A stretch of 64,000 nucleotides of DNA from Octopus vulgaris. Its lineage: Eukaryota. The translations under genes and the position numbers were made by a program. The stretch lies in assembly GCA_951406725.2 (NCBI GenBank), contig OX597816.1:58528001-58592000 (forward strand). The letters run 5' to 3'. Of the stretch, positions 11,236 through 25,302 are shown piece by piece (position 1 is the stretch's first letter; every line of letters begins with the position of its first letter). The notes beneath the pieces were generated by a model. It searched no databases. It had not been told where the DNA came from and was given only the letters and a program-made list of their open reading frames with translations.

Positions 11236-12992
11236 CTATCTGTTTTCTTTAGGGGACCAAAAACGTAACAGAAATTTAGTCACGTGTGGGCATGATCCGA
11301 AAAGTTCTGTCCTTGAGTTTAGACATGTAGTAGGGTCTAAGCTGCTTTTTCAGATAAGCCATCTCTCCATGTCGCATAGACCGCACCTTCCGCTGCCGTT
11401 GGTATAGGGCTTACATTTGGCTAAAATCTTCCAATGTATGTTATAATCGACACCTTTATCTCTTAAAGACCAAATATGATTAAATAATTGTGTCGCTTTT
11501 CTTTTGTTCCAGTGCCTAAAGCTCAAAGTGTGGTTATTGAACCTGGCCTTGAAATTACCCTCTGTGAGGCCCACGTATTTCTTCGTCGAAACGGTGTCTT
11601 TTGTGGTTATAGAGTCTACGGTAGCTTCATATATTATGGTCTTGGACATGCAAGCTCCATTTAGCGGGCACAATTCTTTATACCTGCATGAACAGCTGTT
11701 TTCTTGTAGTGTTTTTTGTATGTTATGTTTGATTATGTTTTTAAAATTGGTAGTGGAACTAAAACTAATTTTTAAATTGTGTCTATTGAAGAGTTTCCTA
11801 TAAGTATGGTTAACTGGAAAATATCTATCTATCAGTGCCAGGAAATATTTACCTATATTGAAGGCCACCTCGGGTGAGTAAGGGGGTGTAAACCAGATGA
11901 CCTTCCTATTTCTATTATTCCTTTTCCTTACTGTTGGGGTAGTAAAGGGTGTATATTTTATTTTTTCGCTAAAACCACTATCTTTTAAAGCCTTATTATA
12001 AACTGGGGCAACGCTATTAAAATGTCCTTATGAGAGGAGAGGCTAGAAATCCTCTTACTAATATTTTAAACTAAATTTTTTAATACTATAGGGGGATGGC
12101 ATGAACCTACATTAATTTAACTTAGTCTATCATTGGGCTTCCTATAAGGCTTATAAATATTCTTATTAAGATCTAAGGAAACGTCTAAGAAATTGACAAC
12201 CGTCAGGTTAGTATCTATAGTTATACTAAGTCCGAAGTATTTCATTAACTGGATAATATCCTTCCTAAAATGATCTTGTGCTGGTCCATTTGTATTAGCT
12301 GTTGAGGCGAGGGCATCATCTTTGTAGATGGCGAAATGTACGTCAGGGAATGTCTTACCTAAGGTATCTGGGAGAAAAAAATCCAATAAGATCGCAAATG
12401 CCTGCCCCATCATATGACCCCATGCTCACATCGAAAGCGCCCTCTGTGTCGGTGTTTTTGACCCACTTTGCGTTCTCACTGAAAAGTAAGTACTTTCTAG
12501 CATGGAAGATTATGTCCTTATCATTTGTACTAATTTCTATGAAGTCGCTAGCGAAGACGAGGGCTTTATCTAGCAGTTCTTTAGAGATAGAGGCATAAAA
12601 ATCAACAATATCGAATTGTGTAAACCTCGCTTTTTTCTTATTCTTAATGGCTTTAAACCAGTCTACGACTTCTATACTATTGGACCATTGTACTAGCCTA
12701 GTATCGGTCTTAATTTTCGCATTTATTTTATCTAAAATTTCTTTACTAATAATCCCAAGTTCTGACTTGGCTGGGTTGATAAGCCTACATTTAGGGTTGG
12801 AAAGGAAGTTCTCTTTGTGATCTTTAATAGTAATAAAGGCCTCTTTTTGGGGGAGGGCTTCTATTTTTTTTTATCTAATTTAAATTTAGCGGCGATGACG
12901 CTAGCCTCTTTATTAATTTCGTTATATGTCTGTGCCCTAACCTTAGTGTAATTATTAATGATGCTGTTGTGTAAGAGTTGTGTGTATTTGCT
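11236..12992 (-). pseudogene. PLE RT + GIY-YIG ORF, frameshifted
   Basis: ORF pieces 12117-12413 and 11350-11868 plus hand translation of the remainder; several frameshifts and an in-frame TGA at 11350-11352. Confidence 0.9.
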
Positions 12993-13064
12993 AGGCAAGC
13001 AGAGTTATAACACAGTAATTTCCCTTTGTATAACGGTATTTTTTCATAGCGTTTTCAAATAGCC

Positions 13065-13127
13065 AGATAACCGAAGAGATGGCGTTGTGGATTTCCACTT
13101 CGGCATCTGAAACTCAGAGTTTTATCT
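13065..13127 (+). ncRNA. Variant hammerhead motif in PLE terminal repeat (copies at 10899-10961(-) and 13999-14061(+))
   Basis: Stem I AGATAA/TTATCT, core CCGAAGA, stem II GATG/CATC, TGAAA, stem III ACTCAGAGT. Confidence 0.65.
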
Positions 13128-13334
13128 TGACTATCGAGTAATGTAACATATTATCTTATAGATAAATTTCCTCTATTTACATAATATTGAGGTCTCTTTC
13201 TTTCTTTTGTTATCTTACCGTTTTACCAATAAATCACCTCCCGGACGACGTTATTCTTAACTAAGAGCTAATACGGCCTTTTTGGATTATCGCCTAACAT
13301 CGGTTGAGGACTCTTACACACAGAAGAATTTAAT

Positions 13335-13767
13335 ATGGATGCATATTATATAGATTATTCTACGAAAAATATACCAATCCCATCAAAGGAATTTTACTCA
13401 AAGAAACTTCTACAGAAAATTACTTATCTGATTAAGCGCATGAGATGGAAGGCTTTCTTTTTTGATACAGAAGCGGACACCACGGAAAACACTTTCTATT
13501 GTATAAAATCCAAAAAATTCCCTCCCAGGATTAAAGGCTTGGAAGATTTCGAAGCGGACTTGCTGAAAATTATGAACAAAATAAAATTTTGTAAGTATTT
13601 TAACAACTTCCAACATAAATTGAAAAAAGATATTAAACATATAAAAAGCTCCAAGAAAAAAACACTTTTTTCGGACAAAACTAAGAACTTATACCTGGTA
13701 GATAACAGCAAATTCACACAACTCTTACACAAACAGCATCATTAATAATTACACTAAGGCTAGGGCA
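13335..13767 (+). pseudogene. PLE ORF N-terminus (inverted segment)
   Basis: 136-aa ORF beginning MDAYYIDYSTKNIPIPS; its last 60 nt or so overlap the start of the minus-strand body. Confidence 0.88.
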
Positions 13768-14095
13768 TCATACCTTCTATCATATATTTTTTATATATAT
13801 TTTATGTATATTTTTTATATTTTTTTAATATATTTTTTATATATTTTTTATGTATTTTTATATAATTTTTATGGCGAAAAATGCGAGTGAAGATGTGTAC
13901 GTTTACATAGCGATGTATAAGTACGCAGGCAAGCAGAGTTATAACACAGTAATTTCCCTTTGCATAACGGTATTTTTTTATAGCGTTTTCAAATAGCCAG
14001 ATAACCGAAGAGATGGCGTTGTGGATCCCCACTTCGGCATCTGAAACTCAGAGTTTTATCTTGACTATCGAGTAATGTAACATATTATCTTATAC

Positions 14096-14158
<63 letters not shown>

Positions 14159-14229
14159 TATTTATTTATACACTTATATATATATATATATATATATACT
14201 TTATTTAAAGCAGCAGAAAATTCAACAAA

Positions 14230-14272
14230 ACCTGTTACTCTGAGTTTCACGTTCCCGTTCGTCGGACATGGT
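14230..14272 (-). ncRNA. Minimal hammerhead motif with CCGACGA core
   Basis: Minus strand: TGT-CCGACGA-ACG ggaa CGT-GAAA-CTCAGAG-TA-ACA. Confidence 0.7.
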
Positions 14273-14328
14273 ATTTGAGTACTCTTTTTTTCCACCTTGT
14301 TTCACATTTATGTGTTTACTCCGGTATT

Positions 14329-14419
<91 letters not shown>

Positions 14420-14712
14420 TATATATATATTTATTTATACACTTACACGTACAGTTATCTGTCTATATATCTATAATATTCTTCCACAAAAATAGTATTG
14501 ATAGTGACTTTGAAGTTTTTGCCAGCTACGCCACTATCGAGCAAGATGATGGCTTAGCTGGAAGCAACTTCGAAATCACTGTGAATTATATTCTCGTTAA
14601 AGAATAATAAATTCGTTCTCTATCAAAAGTATTGACTAATACTTCAGCTTAATGCAAAACTATTTTTTATTATAACATAAAAACAAACATTACACACGCA
14701 CACACACACGTA

Positions 14713-14972
14713 TGCATGAGTGGATATCAGAAATTATCCGCACGTTCCCTATAACATATCTGTTTTATTTCCATACTGCCTTCTGCGCATGCGTGCTTAT
14801 AGTTGGTACTATTGTGGTCACGTAATCGAAGTTTGAACCTGATCGCGCCATTTTCTTTCTGGCTTTACAGTGTAAGCATGGCCGCTCCACTAGCAATGTG
14901 CACCAAAGAAGAACAAATGACAGGGATCCGATTTCTCTGGTCGGAAGGTGTGTCAGGTATTAAAATTCATTA
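14713..14972 (+). mobile_element. Mariner 5' fragment (TIR + transposase start)
   Basis: MAAPLAMCTKEEQMTGIRFLWSEGVSG; homologous to 55751-56010. Confidence 0.75.
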
Positions 14973-15149
14973 TAAGGCGGCGGGCTGGCAGAAACGTTAG
15001 CATGCCGGGCGTTAACTCCAGGAAATAGGAGTTGCAATAGATGTAGCAGAAGCAGATAGTATAGCACTGGTATTGCACGGGAGGAGTGGAGAAATGAAAT
15101 TTGACTGAGATAGGATTTGAAGAATCCTATCTCAGTCTATCTACTCTAG

Positions 15150-15330
15150 GCTCAAGGCCCAAAATTTTAGATCGACCTCAGTACGCAACTGGTACTTAAT
15201 TTATCGACCCCAAAAGGATGAAAGGTAAAGTTGACATCGGCGGAATTTGAACTCACAATGTAAAGACAGACGAAGTACCCGCTACGCATTTCGCCCGGCG
15301 TGCTAACGTTTCTACCAGCACGCTGCCTTA
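15150..15330 (-). mobile_element. SINE family B copy
   Basis: Family B reverse complement. Confidence 0.85.
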
Positions 15331-15393
15331 AGAATATATAGATATGGCGTTTTGGCAGTATTGTACCGATTCAGTGATGTCTTCCATCAATAC

Positions 15394-15534
15394 TGATGAT
15401 GATGATGATGATGATGATGATGGCAGCGAAGATGACAATGATGATGGTTATGATGATGATGATAATGATGTAATGATGAAGATGGTGATAAAGATGACGA
15501 CGACGACGATGACGACGTTGATGATGATGATGAA

Positions 15535-15571
<37 letters not shown>

Positions 15572-15705
15572 GCAACGAAGATGACAATGATGATGGTTAT
15601 GACGATGATGATAATGATGATGATGGTGATAAAGATGACGACGACGACGATGACGACGTTGATGATGATGATGATAGTTTTGGTGTCGACGACGATGATG
15701 ACGGC
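15394..15705. repeat. (GAT/GAC)n tract with internal ~150-bp duplication
   Basis: GGCA.CGAAGATGACAATGATGATGGTTATGA occurs at about 15422 and 15571. Confidence 0.85.
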
Positions 15706-15899
15706 TGCGATGGTGGCGGTGAGAATGAATAAGAACCGTTTGTGGGGCAGATATTCTTTGCAGCCAGGAATCAGAAACGGTAAAAAAAAAAAATAGACAA
15801 CAACATTCTCCCTAATTAATGCTGTTTATGACTCCGCCATAAAGCAGCAAAATACGGTTGAAGATGATGTGAAATACTTCTGTTGCGATACATATACAC

Positions 15900-17285
<1,386 letters not shown>

Positions 17286-17374
17286 TGTTCAGGTAAATTA
17301 CTGACAAAATCCTATTTTCTGTCTCCTTTTTGTCCCGGATATATTTACGTCTCTTTTTACTCCTTCTTTTCTAG

Positions 17375-17431
17375 TTGTAAGCTTTTGCCGGAGGAACAGT
17401 GAAGAATGGGCAGTGAAGAAGCGGAGGATAC
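17375..17431 (+). CDS. Putative host-gene exon (phase 1-1, VVSFCRRNSEEWAVKKRRI)
   Basis: TACTGAC branch-like site, about 70-nt AG-free pyrimidine tract, ttctAG| acceptor and AC|GTGAGC donor; 57 nt, open. Confidence 0.6.
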
Positions 17432-17499
17432 GTGAGCACACGCACGCGCACGCACACATACACACACACACACACGCGCGTACACACACACAGACGTAC

Positions 17500-19284
17500 A
17501 AACCTTCTTTGCCCATGTCCAGCGGAATTCCCGCTTGAACAACCAGATTGTAACATTGGTAGACTCAACAGGCGTATCGATTGAGGACCCTTATCAACAG
17601 AGTCAATTATTTGCCGAGGCTTTTTCAACTATTTTCAAACAAGATGATGGTCGTGAACCCCCTCCATTTGATAGATCGGTACCTCCAATGCTTCGATTGA
17701 TCATCACGCGGGACCAAGTCAAACGTGTTATTCAAGGCCTCGATGTCAACAAGGGTCACGGCCCTGACGGCATACACCCACGGGTTATCAAAGCGTTGGC
17801 TCCGGTCATCTGCGAGCCCTTAACACGACTATTCAATATGTCATTGGCGACGGGTGTTATACCTGCAGACTGGAGAACAGCGATAATCTGCCCAATTTTC
17901 AAGAAAGGGAGCCGCTAAGACCCGCTTAACTACCGACCGGTTTCCCTTACATCAATAATCAGCAAGATGTTCGAAACCATCCTTAAGAAAAGTATGATGC
18001 TCCACCTCCTAAGCACAGCCTCGATCACTGATTCCCAACACGGCTTCGTGCCGAAGAGATCATGCTTGACCAACTTACTAGTAATGGAAGAATTGGTGAC
18101 GCGCATCCTCGATGATAGTGATGCTGTTGACATCGTTTTATTGGACTTTGCCAAAGCTTTTGACTCGGTAAACCACCGCCTACTACTTGTCAAGCTTCAA
18201 GCATATAGTTTCCATCCGGATATTGTACGATGGGTTGGTGCCTTCCTCTCAGATCGCTCCTTCCAAGTTCAAGTTAATGGTTCGCGGTCCGACGTCTCCA
18301 GTGCGAGCAGTGGCGTGCCTCAAGGTTCAGTGCTTGGGCCCTTGTTGTTCTTAGTCTTCATAAATGACTTGCCCGACGACCTCACGCAACACACCCTTCT
18401 ATTTGCCGACGATATCAAACTGGTCGCTCCTCGCGGTAGTATAGAGGATCTTCGTCGATGCCTCCACCAAATTTGGAAGTGGTCTAACGATTGGGACCTG
18501 TGTCTGAACGTGTCAAAGTGCTGTCATCTGCCTGTCGGCTCTACTCCTGCAACTCAACTTGATTTCGAGCCGGGTCGTCTGCTGCTGGAGAGGACCGATC
18601 AGGTAAAGGACCTGGGTATCTTGGTGGATTCCTCCTTTTCGCCTTCGGCCCAGTGCGTCCATGCTGCCAACAAAGCGCGCGGAATTCTGTTTTTGATTCG
18701 ACGGTCATTCGGAGTGCTCACAGCAGCCATATTCCTGCCACTCTATGTCACGCTGGTGAGACCCATATTGGAGTATGGGATTCAAGCCTCTTCTCCTTAT
18801 CTCCTCAAAGACATACAGCACCTCGAAAGAGTCCAGAGGCTGGCTACCCGCCTGGTTCATGGTCTCAAAAATTTGTCCTACGAAGAAAGGCTGAGGACGC
18901 TCGACCTTTATTCTCTTGAAAACGCCGCCGCCGTGGTGATCTCATTCTCGCCCACAACATCATAAGCGGGAAGTGTAACCTCTCGAAAGAGCTGTTCTTC
19001 ACTCCTGCTCCGGAGCGTCGGCTGCGGGGTCATTCCGAAAAGCTCTACCTGCGACGATTTCATCTCAATCGAAGGAGAGGAGCTTTCTCCGTCCGGGTTG
19101 CGGATCCGTGGAACAAGCTGCCAGATGAGATGGTGAAGATGCCAACGACCGCTTTGTTCAAAGCCTCCCTGGACCTCAAGTGGCCTGAACTCTTTACATG
19201 AACACCACCCTGTACTTAACTCCATGTCCCCCTACATGGCGTTGCTATTTGCTTTTGAGCCAAATTAACTAACTAACTAACTAA
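17500..19284 (+). mobile_element. 5'-truncated CR1-group LINE (ORF2 RT) with (AACT)n tail
   Basis: GPDGIHP, NYRPVSLT, QHGF, LDFAKAFDSV, GVPQGSVLGP and FADD motifs; stop at 17916 and frameshift at about 18920. Confidence 0.93.
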
Positions 19285-19514
19285 CATATACACACATACA
19301 CCCACTCATTTACTCTTTGAAAACATATTCTTCCGTCAACAGATTACAAACGGTCGGGATTTCATCTGGAAACGCTAATTAACAACAATCTATGAGATCA
19401 ACTTCAATCAAATGGCGGCTTTAAGTAAACATTAAACAAATTCACTTTTCTGAGCTTTATCTTAGCTACACACACACACGCACACACACACACACATACC
19501 TTTCAGTCTCCCAC

Positions 19515-19562
<48 letters not shown>

Positions 19563-19642
19563 CAAAATGTAACTTCGTGAATCGTTGGTGATTTTTTTTT
19601 ATACTCCATGTTCCTTTTCTTTTGGTATTTCCTCTGTTTCCT

Positions 19643-19677
19643 GTTTCTGAAGAAGAGCTTTGCTCGAAACGTAAAAC
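19643..19677 (+). ncRNA. Minimal hammerhead motif
   Basis: GTTT-CTGAAGAA-GAGC ttt GCTC-GAAA-CG-TA-AAAC. Confidence 0.7.
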
Positions 19678-19756
19678 CATCTCTCTTTCCTTCCATTACA
19701 TGTACCACGTCCTCACGTTGTTGTTTTTTCTTTTTGTTCTTCGTTTTTTTGGGATT

Positions 19757-19850
<94 letters not shown>

Positions 19851-20031
19851 AACACACACATACATATATACATACATATATATATGGAACTCCAACTATA
19901 ACATCCTACATATATTTATATTTTTACTTTTATTCTCTTATTTCCCTATATACTACTTATCTCCATCCTTTTCCAAAATAACTCCTTATACTGAACTCTA
20001 ATATTTCCCTCTGCTTAACCATTTCACATCG

Positions 20032-20077
20032 TCTCTGATAAAGGGATATTTCTAACATCCCAGAAACACTTGTAAGA
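20032..20077 (+). ncRNA. Decayed hammerhead motif (family of 52740)
   Basis: TCT-CTGATAA-GGGAT..ATCCC-AGAAA-CACTTG-TA-AGA. Confidence 0.5.
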
Positions 20078-20271
20078 ATAGCTTTTCCTTTATAAATGTC
20101 CTGAAAACTCCACACACCCTTGGCTTTGTTGTCTCATTTCATTTGATAATACAAGCTAATACAAGACCCATATTAGACTCCTCATTCGTATCATAATCGA
20201 ATCGAGAGTTCAACTACAGTCCTTCCATAGTACTTACATAGTACTTACTTAGGTCTTCTGGACACCAATAC

Positions 20272-20361
<90 letters not shown>

Positions 20362-20532
20362 AATTAAATTACAGATAAAACCACTATTAGGCAAATCAAA
20401 CAGTGAAAAACATAAACCAAAACATAGAAATAAAATTAATTCATATAAAATACAAAATATATAAAATATAAAATTCAAAATTTAAATAATTTAAATTTAA
20501 ACTTAAAAATTAAAAATTATTAATTTATATTT

Positions 20533-20619
<87 letters not shown>

Positions 20620-20678
20620 TTTATTAAATATATATAACTATCAAAAAGTATAAAAAGTTTAATATAAGATAAAAAGAT

Positions 20679-20742
20679 AATTCCACTGTATCTATAAAGT
20701 GTGTATATATATATATACACACTTTATAGATACAGTGGAATT
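20679..20742. repeat. Perfect 64-bp palindrome centred on (TA)n
   Basis: AATTCCACTGTATCTATAAAGTGTGTATATAT followed directly by its reverse complement. Confidence 0.95.
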
Positions 20743-21272
20743 CTTGGTGTATGTCCATTAGCAAGAGCATTTCCGCTTTACGATGATAACAGATAGCCAG
20801 TTACTGTGGACGAGCTTTGCATGGCATTTTACAAGGTTTCTTATTTAACTATATTCATACATATATGAGCGTATGTGTGTGTTTGTAAGTATGTATACGT
20901 GAGGAGAATAAAACAGGTTTATTTATCTTCTTATCACACACACATTTTGGAAATTTCTTCTCCGCTCCTCTCACAATATTCTAATCCTCGTTCTTGTTTC
21001 TTTCCCTCGATTCTTCTGTCCTGCTTCTCCATTGTTCCCCTCTCTCTTTAATTTTAATGTAGGTGTTCCATTTTTATTTAACTTTTTTTACAATTCATAC
21101 GCTCTCTCTCTCTCTTGCTCTCGTTCTCTCTTGCTCTCGTTCTCTCTCTTTCTCTCACGCAATTCTACTCTCTCTTCTTCCCTCCCTCCCATCTCTCTCT
21201 ATCTTCATTCATTCTTCACATCTTTCCTATATTCTGTTCTCTTTCTGTAATTGATTCTACTCTTGCTGTCAG

Positions 21273-21323
21273 TTCCGGCAGATAAGCGCGCTGTGTACAT
21301 CCAACAGAAGATACAGCCGCCAG
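21273..21323 (+). CDS. Putative host-gene exon (phase 1-1, LPADKRAVYIQQKIQPP)
   Basis: About 200-nt AG-free pyrimidine tract, tgtcAG| acceptor and CAG|GTATTG donor; 51 nt, open. Confidence 0.6.
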
Positions 21324-21576
21324 GTATTGTTAGTGACTCTGTTTGGTCTTCAGTAAAATTATTATTAAAGTATTCTAGACGTTAATTTCTGCATTTATTT
21401 CACTCATCCGATGCAGATATCAGGAGTTAGAGAGACCAGATTAACCCGGCGGCGCCGAATTATGAGAACATTACAAAGATTACCCAATGTGTGTGTGTGT
21501 GCGTGTGTGCGTGTGTGCATGTGTGTGTGTATATGTGTGTGAGATTGTGTGCGTGTGTGTGTGTGTGTCTGTGTGA

Positions 21577-21628
<52 letters not shown>

Positions 21629-21909
21629 GTGGGTTTATACAGAAAGCGGGAAAGCAAAACGAACTAAAAAAAGCGAAATAAAAGTATCTATAGTCAACAA
21701 GAAGGGATGATATAAACCTGATACTAGAGCTAATTGAGGAACCTCATAGATCTCTGGTCACTCTGTCCTCATCCAGTCATTATTCATTGACCTACAGGCA
21801 CATCCTGACAATGTATGCATTCACTCTGACCGTTTTTACCTCTGTCACCCACCTTTTATTAAACTCTCTGGAGGAGAACAACTTTCTCTCTCGCTCTTCC
21901 CCCTCTCTC

Positions 21910-22262
21910 TAGTGAGTATGGCGGATGAGGCAAAGTTTCGTAGCCCAATTCGTTCAACTTCTGCAAGGTCAGTTGTGCGACGTGCGGCCGAAAGTTGTCG
22001 TGGAGAAGAATTGGTCCTTTTTTATTGACAAATGCTGGCTGTTGTTGTTGGAGTTTCTTATGCATTTCATCCATTTGCTGACAGTACTTCTCCGCTGTAA
22101 TGGTTTTACCTGGATCCAAAAAGCTGTGATGGACGAGACCAGCCGCAGACCACCAAACAGTTATCATGATCTTCTTTTGGTGCAACTTTGGCCTCAAGAA
22201 GTGCCGTGGAGCTTCGTTGGCGTCCAACCACTGAGCTGAGCATTGCCGGTTATCGTAAAGGA
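21910..22262 (-). mobile_element. Mariner transposase catalytic-domain fragment
   Basis: YDN..QW..KKIMITVWW..ILLHDNFRPH..LPHPPYS. Confidence 0.9.
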
Positions 22263-22289
22263 TGTGTTCGAAATGGAATTCTTCGATGT

Positions 22290-22625
22290 TTCCTTTCAAA
22301 GTAGAAGTTGTAAACGTTGTTGACAGTTTGACCAAAAAAAAAAAAAGCATCTGTCTTCAATCGTTCCAGCCTCGTCCATTACACAATCTCTTCCGCCGCC
22401 ATAGCCATTAGACGGAGGAAACCTTGCCTGCCCTTCTCGGTTAAACTCGATGGAGCTGGCCGATAACCTGATCTGTACTACGAGTGATAATAAGCTGTTT
22501 GACATAATTTTGCATGTCTGAAATGGCTAGACATTGAAAGAACGAGTGCAGAACTGTTTCGTCGCTCTGCATGCACCTCAGACAGACTCGTCCGACAGCA
22601 TATATGTGCCTGCTTACTGTCAATA
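22290..22625 (-). mobile_element. L1/Tx1-like LINE C-terminal remnant
   Basis: CLRCMQSDETVLHSFFQC matches a CX2CX8HX4C zinc knuckle. Confidence 0.55.
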
Positions 22626-23247
22626 AAATATGTACGGTAATACTAGTTAATCGTCACACGGAAAAGTTCTGCTTCACCTAAAAAATACGCGTACATGATA
22701 TTGTGAAATGAACGCTGCTTCTTTCTTCGTCCTTTTTGACTCTACCTGATCATTGCATCTGGTATGTCTGTCTAAGATTAGTAATATTATGATTAGTAAT
22801 ATTAAGATTAGTAATATTATCATATTCATTTCATTATTTCTGCTTTATCATATTGTTACCCATCGCCTTTTATTCAGACGTTTTAAAAGTAGTTGTCATA
22901 AAGAACCAACGTCTTAGTCACTTAGATTTGATTTCACTACGATAGCCATATTGTTAGTCTGTGACCATCAATGTGGCTATTTTAGTTTACGTCACCGTGG
23001 TCTCTCGATCATGAGGATCTCTACAATTGTAATGCTGTTCTTGCTCTCCATATCAGCTAAACCTCTAAATGTGTTTGATCTGTAAACCTCAGTTGTGTTT
23101 CATCCCTTATAATGTGTTCTAACGGGTTCCATCTGATCCCCACCAGCAACACAAGGAAGCTCCAGACTTCAAGTTTACTCCGCCATATGTTTATGCCGTT
23201 TAACCAGAGACAGAAGAGCGGCAACCACGAGTCTTTTATGTTTTCAG

Positions 23248-23315
23248 GTCCTCGGAGACAGGCGGAAGGAAGAAAGGAAGTATTCTTAAACTGGAGACTG
23301 GCGGACTCTGCTTAA
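23248..23315 (+). CDS. Putative last coding exon (GPRRQAEGRKEVFLNWRLADSA*)
   Basis: Strong ttttatgttttcAG| acceptor; phase 1 matches the previous exon; TAA at 23313-23315. Confidence 0.5.
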
Positions 23316-23324
23316 AACACCCAA

Positions 23325-23492
23325 TAATTAGATGGTGATGTTAAATCGAATGATGAAGTAAATCTATAATTAGATGGTGATGTTAAATCGAATGATGAAG
23401 TAAATCTATAATTAGATGGTGATGTTAAATCGAATGATGAAGTAAATCTATAATTAGATGGTGATGTTAAATCGAATGATGAAGTAAATCTA
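23325..23492. repeat. Minisatellite, 4 perfect copies of 42 bp
   Basis: TAATTAGATGGTGATGTTAAATCGAATGATGAAGTAAATCTA x4. Confidence 0.95.
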
Positions 23493-24200
23493 TCTCGCAA
23501 AAACTCAAGATGAAAAAACCGGAACAAAGAATTGCAAAGCATCACGCTGGTCCCTCTACCAATTCCGCCTCTCCATCTTTCTGGATCGTTGTTTTTAATT
23601 TATAGACCCCGAACGATGAAAATGAACCTTGATGTGATTTGAACTGCAAATGTAGGTTACCGGAAATAATCCACACAGAATATGTTTGCGCTAACGATCT
23701 GCCAATCTACTGCTTATAACTGTAGATGAATGACCTTTCAGACTGTAATTATTTCCATTTTTAATGAAATGTTTCACTTCATAAAATGTTTAATTAATAA
23801 TCCACTTTTTATGTCATACTGATGATTTCTAAAAGGAATGAAATAGTGCTGTACATGATTACCAACGACGAAATGTTAAAGAACTTCGTACTGAGTAAAG
23901 AGACGTGAATTCTAATGCTCTGTTTCCTTTTGATTCCTTAATTTTAATCTGGCATCGAATTATGGAGAACAGATTATCTCCTTTTTAAGCTGTGATCGTT
24001 AGAGAGATCACGTGTGAGTCAGTTTCTGTCAAAACAGCACCTGGTCCTATTCAGGCCTCCATCCCAATAAACAACTACTATGTGGTTAGTCTAGCGAATT
24101 TAGTCGAATTCCAAACCTCTGCCTTAATAAACAACTAAAACCTTGCAACTAAAATTTTTCTTTTGAACAAAGTTGTGAATTATGCGAGTATCATCATCAC

Positions 24201-24263
<63 letters not shown>

Positions 24264-24294
24264 TATCATCATCATTATTATCATAATCATTCGA

Positions 24295-24593
24295 CGTGAC
24301 TGAACAACCAATCGCAAACAATCGGGACTCACTGGCTGTACTATTCATCCTTTCGATCGCTGGACACAAAAACGGGACTCGCGAGTCGACCATTCGGGTG
24401 ATTCTCCTGTGTTCCCATCCCGCCCTTGTGCACCAATCCGCTGCAGGGTGTACCGATTCACAGTCGAGTGGACTGTTAAACAACGTGAAATGAAGTGTTT
24501 TTGTCCAAGAACACAACGTACCGCCAAACTGGTGAGTATCGAAACCACGATCTGGTAATTGTGAATACGAGACCCTATACACCAGGCCACGCG

Positions 24594-24600
<7 letters not shown>
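24295..24600 (-). mobile_element. tRNA-derived SINE related to family C
   Basis: Minus strand GCGCGTGGCCTGGTG...GGTTTCGATAC...TGTGTTCTTGGACAAAAACACTT. Confidence 0.65.
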
Positions 24601-24645
<45 letters not shown>

Positions 24646-25077
24646 TGACTCATCTGTGCTTATTTTTGAGCTTGTGTGTGCCTATATGTATCTAGGTGTA
24701 CGTGTGTTTAAATGTATTTGCGTATAGTTATGAGTATGTGGTTGCGCGTGTGGCCGTGTCTGTGTGTTTAGATGTATTTGTGTATATAATTATGTATGCA
24801 TATTTTTAAGTGTGTGTGTATTGGTGTGTGTGTGTGTGTGTGTATGTACGTCTATATATATATGTGTGCACATCTGTATAGTTGTGTGTGTGGTTGAATG
24901 ATAGCGTGTGTGTATAGTAACGTGTGTTTGTGTGTAGCTGTAAGCGTACGTGTGTGCGAATGTCTGTTTGTGCGTGTGTATGTGCATCTATATATGTGTG
25001 TGCACATCTGTATAGTTGTGTGTGTGTGGTTGTATGATTGCGTGTGTGTATAGTTACGTGATTTTGTGTGTAGCATT

Positions 25078-25108
<31 letters not shown>

Positions 25109-25109
25109 C

Positions 25110-25140
<31 letters not shown>

Positions 25141-25244
25141 CATGTGTGTGCGTGTGCACATTTGTATAGTTGTGTGTGCGTGGTTGTATGATAGTGTAAG
25201 TGTATTGTTACGAGTGTTTGTACCTGTACGTGCGTGCATGCGTA

Positions 25245-25302
<58 letters not shown>

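Larger units (their letters stand above)
10796..14094. mobile_element. Naiad-type Penelope-like retroelement with inverted 5' part and three terminal-repeat copies, inserted in (TA)n
   Basis: Minus-strand RT (CRLINPAKSELG, FDIVDFYASI, FDVSMGSYDGA, IYKDD), CSC..CPLNGAC linker and GIY-YIG (IIY..KYVG..FKARFNNH). Plus-strand N-terminus YSTKNIPIPS..KRMRWKAFFF..SDKT. Terminal repeat at 10796-11196(-), 12993-13230(+) and 13766-14094(+). Confidence 0.93.

Noticed and set aside
23325-23492. CRISPR-like or box C/D snoRNA array (contains ATGATGA)
   Set aside because: No spacers, no cas genes and a eukaryotic context; no box D CTGA or terminal stem in the unit.
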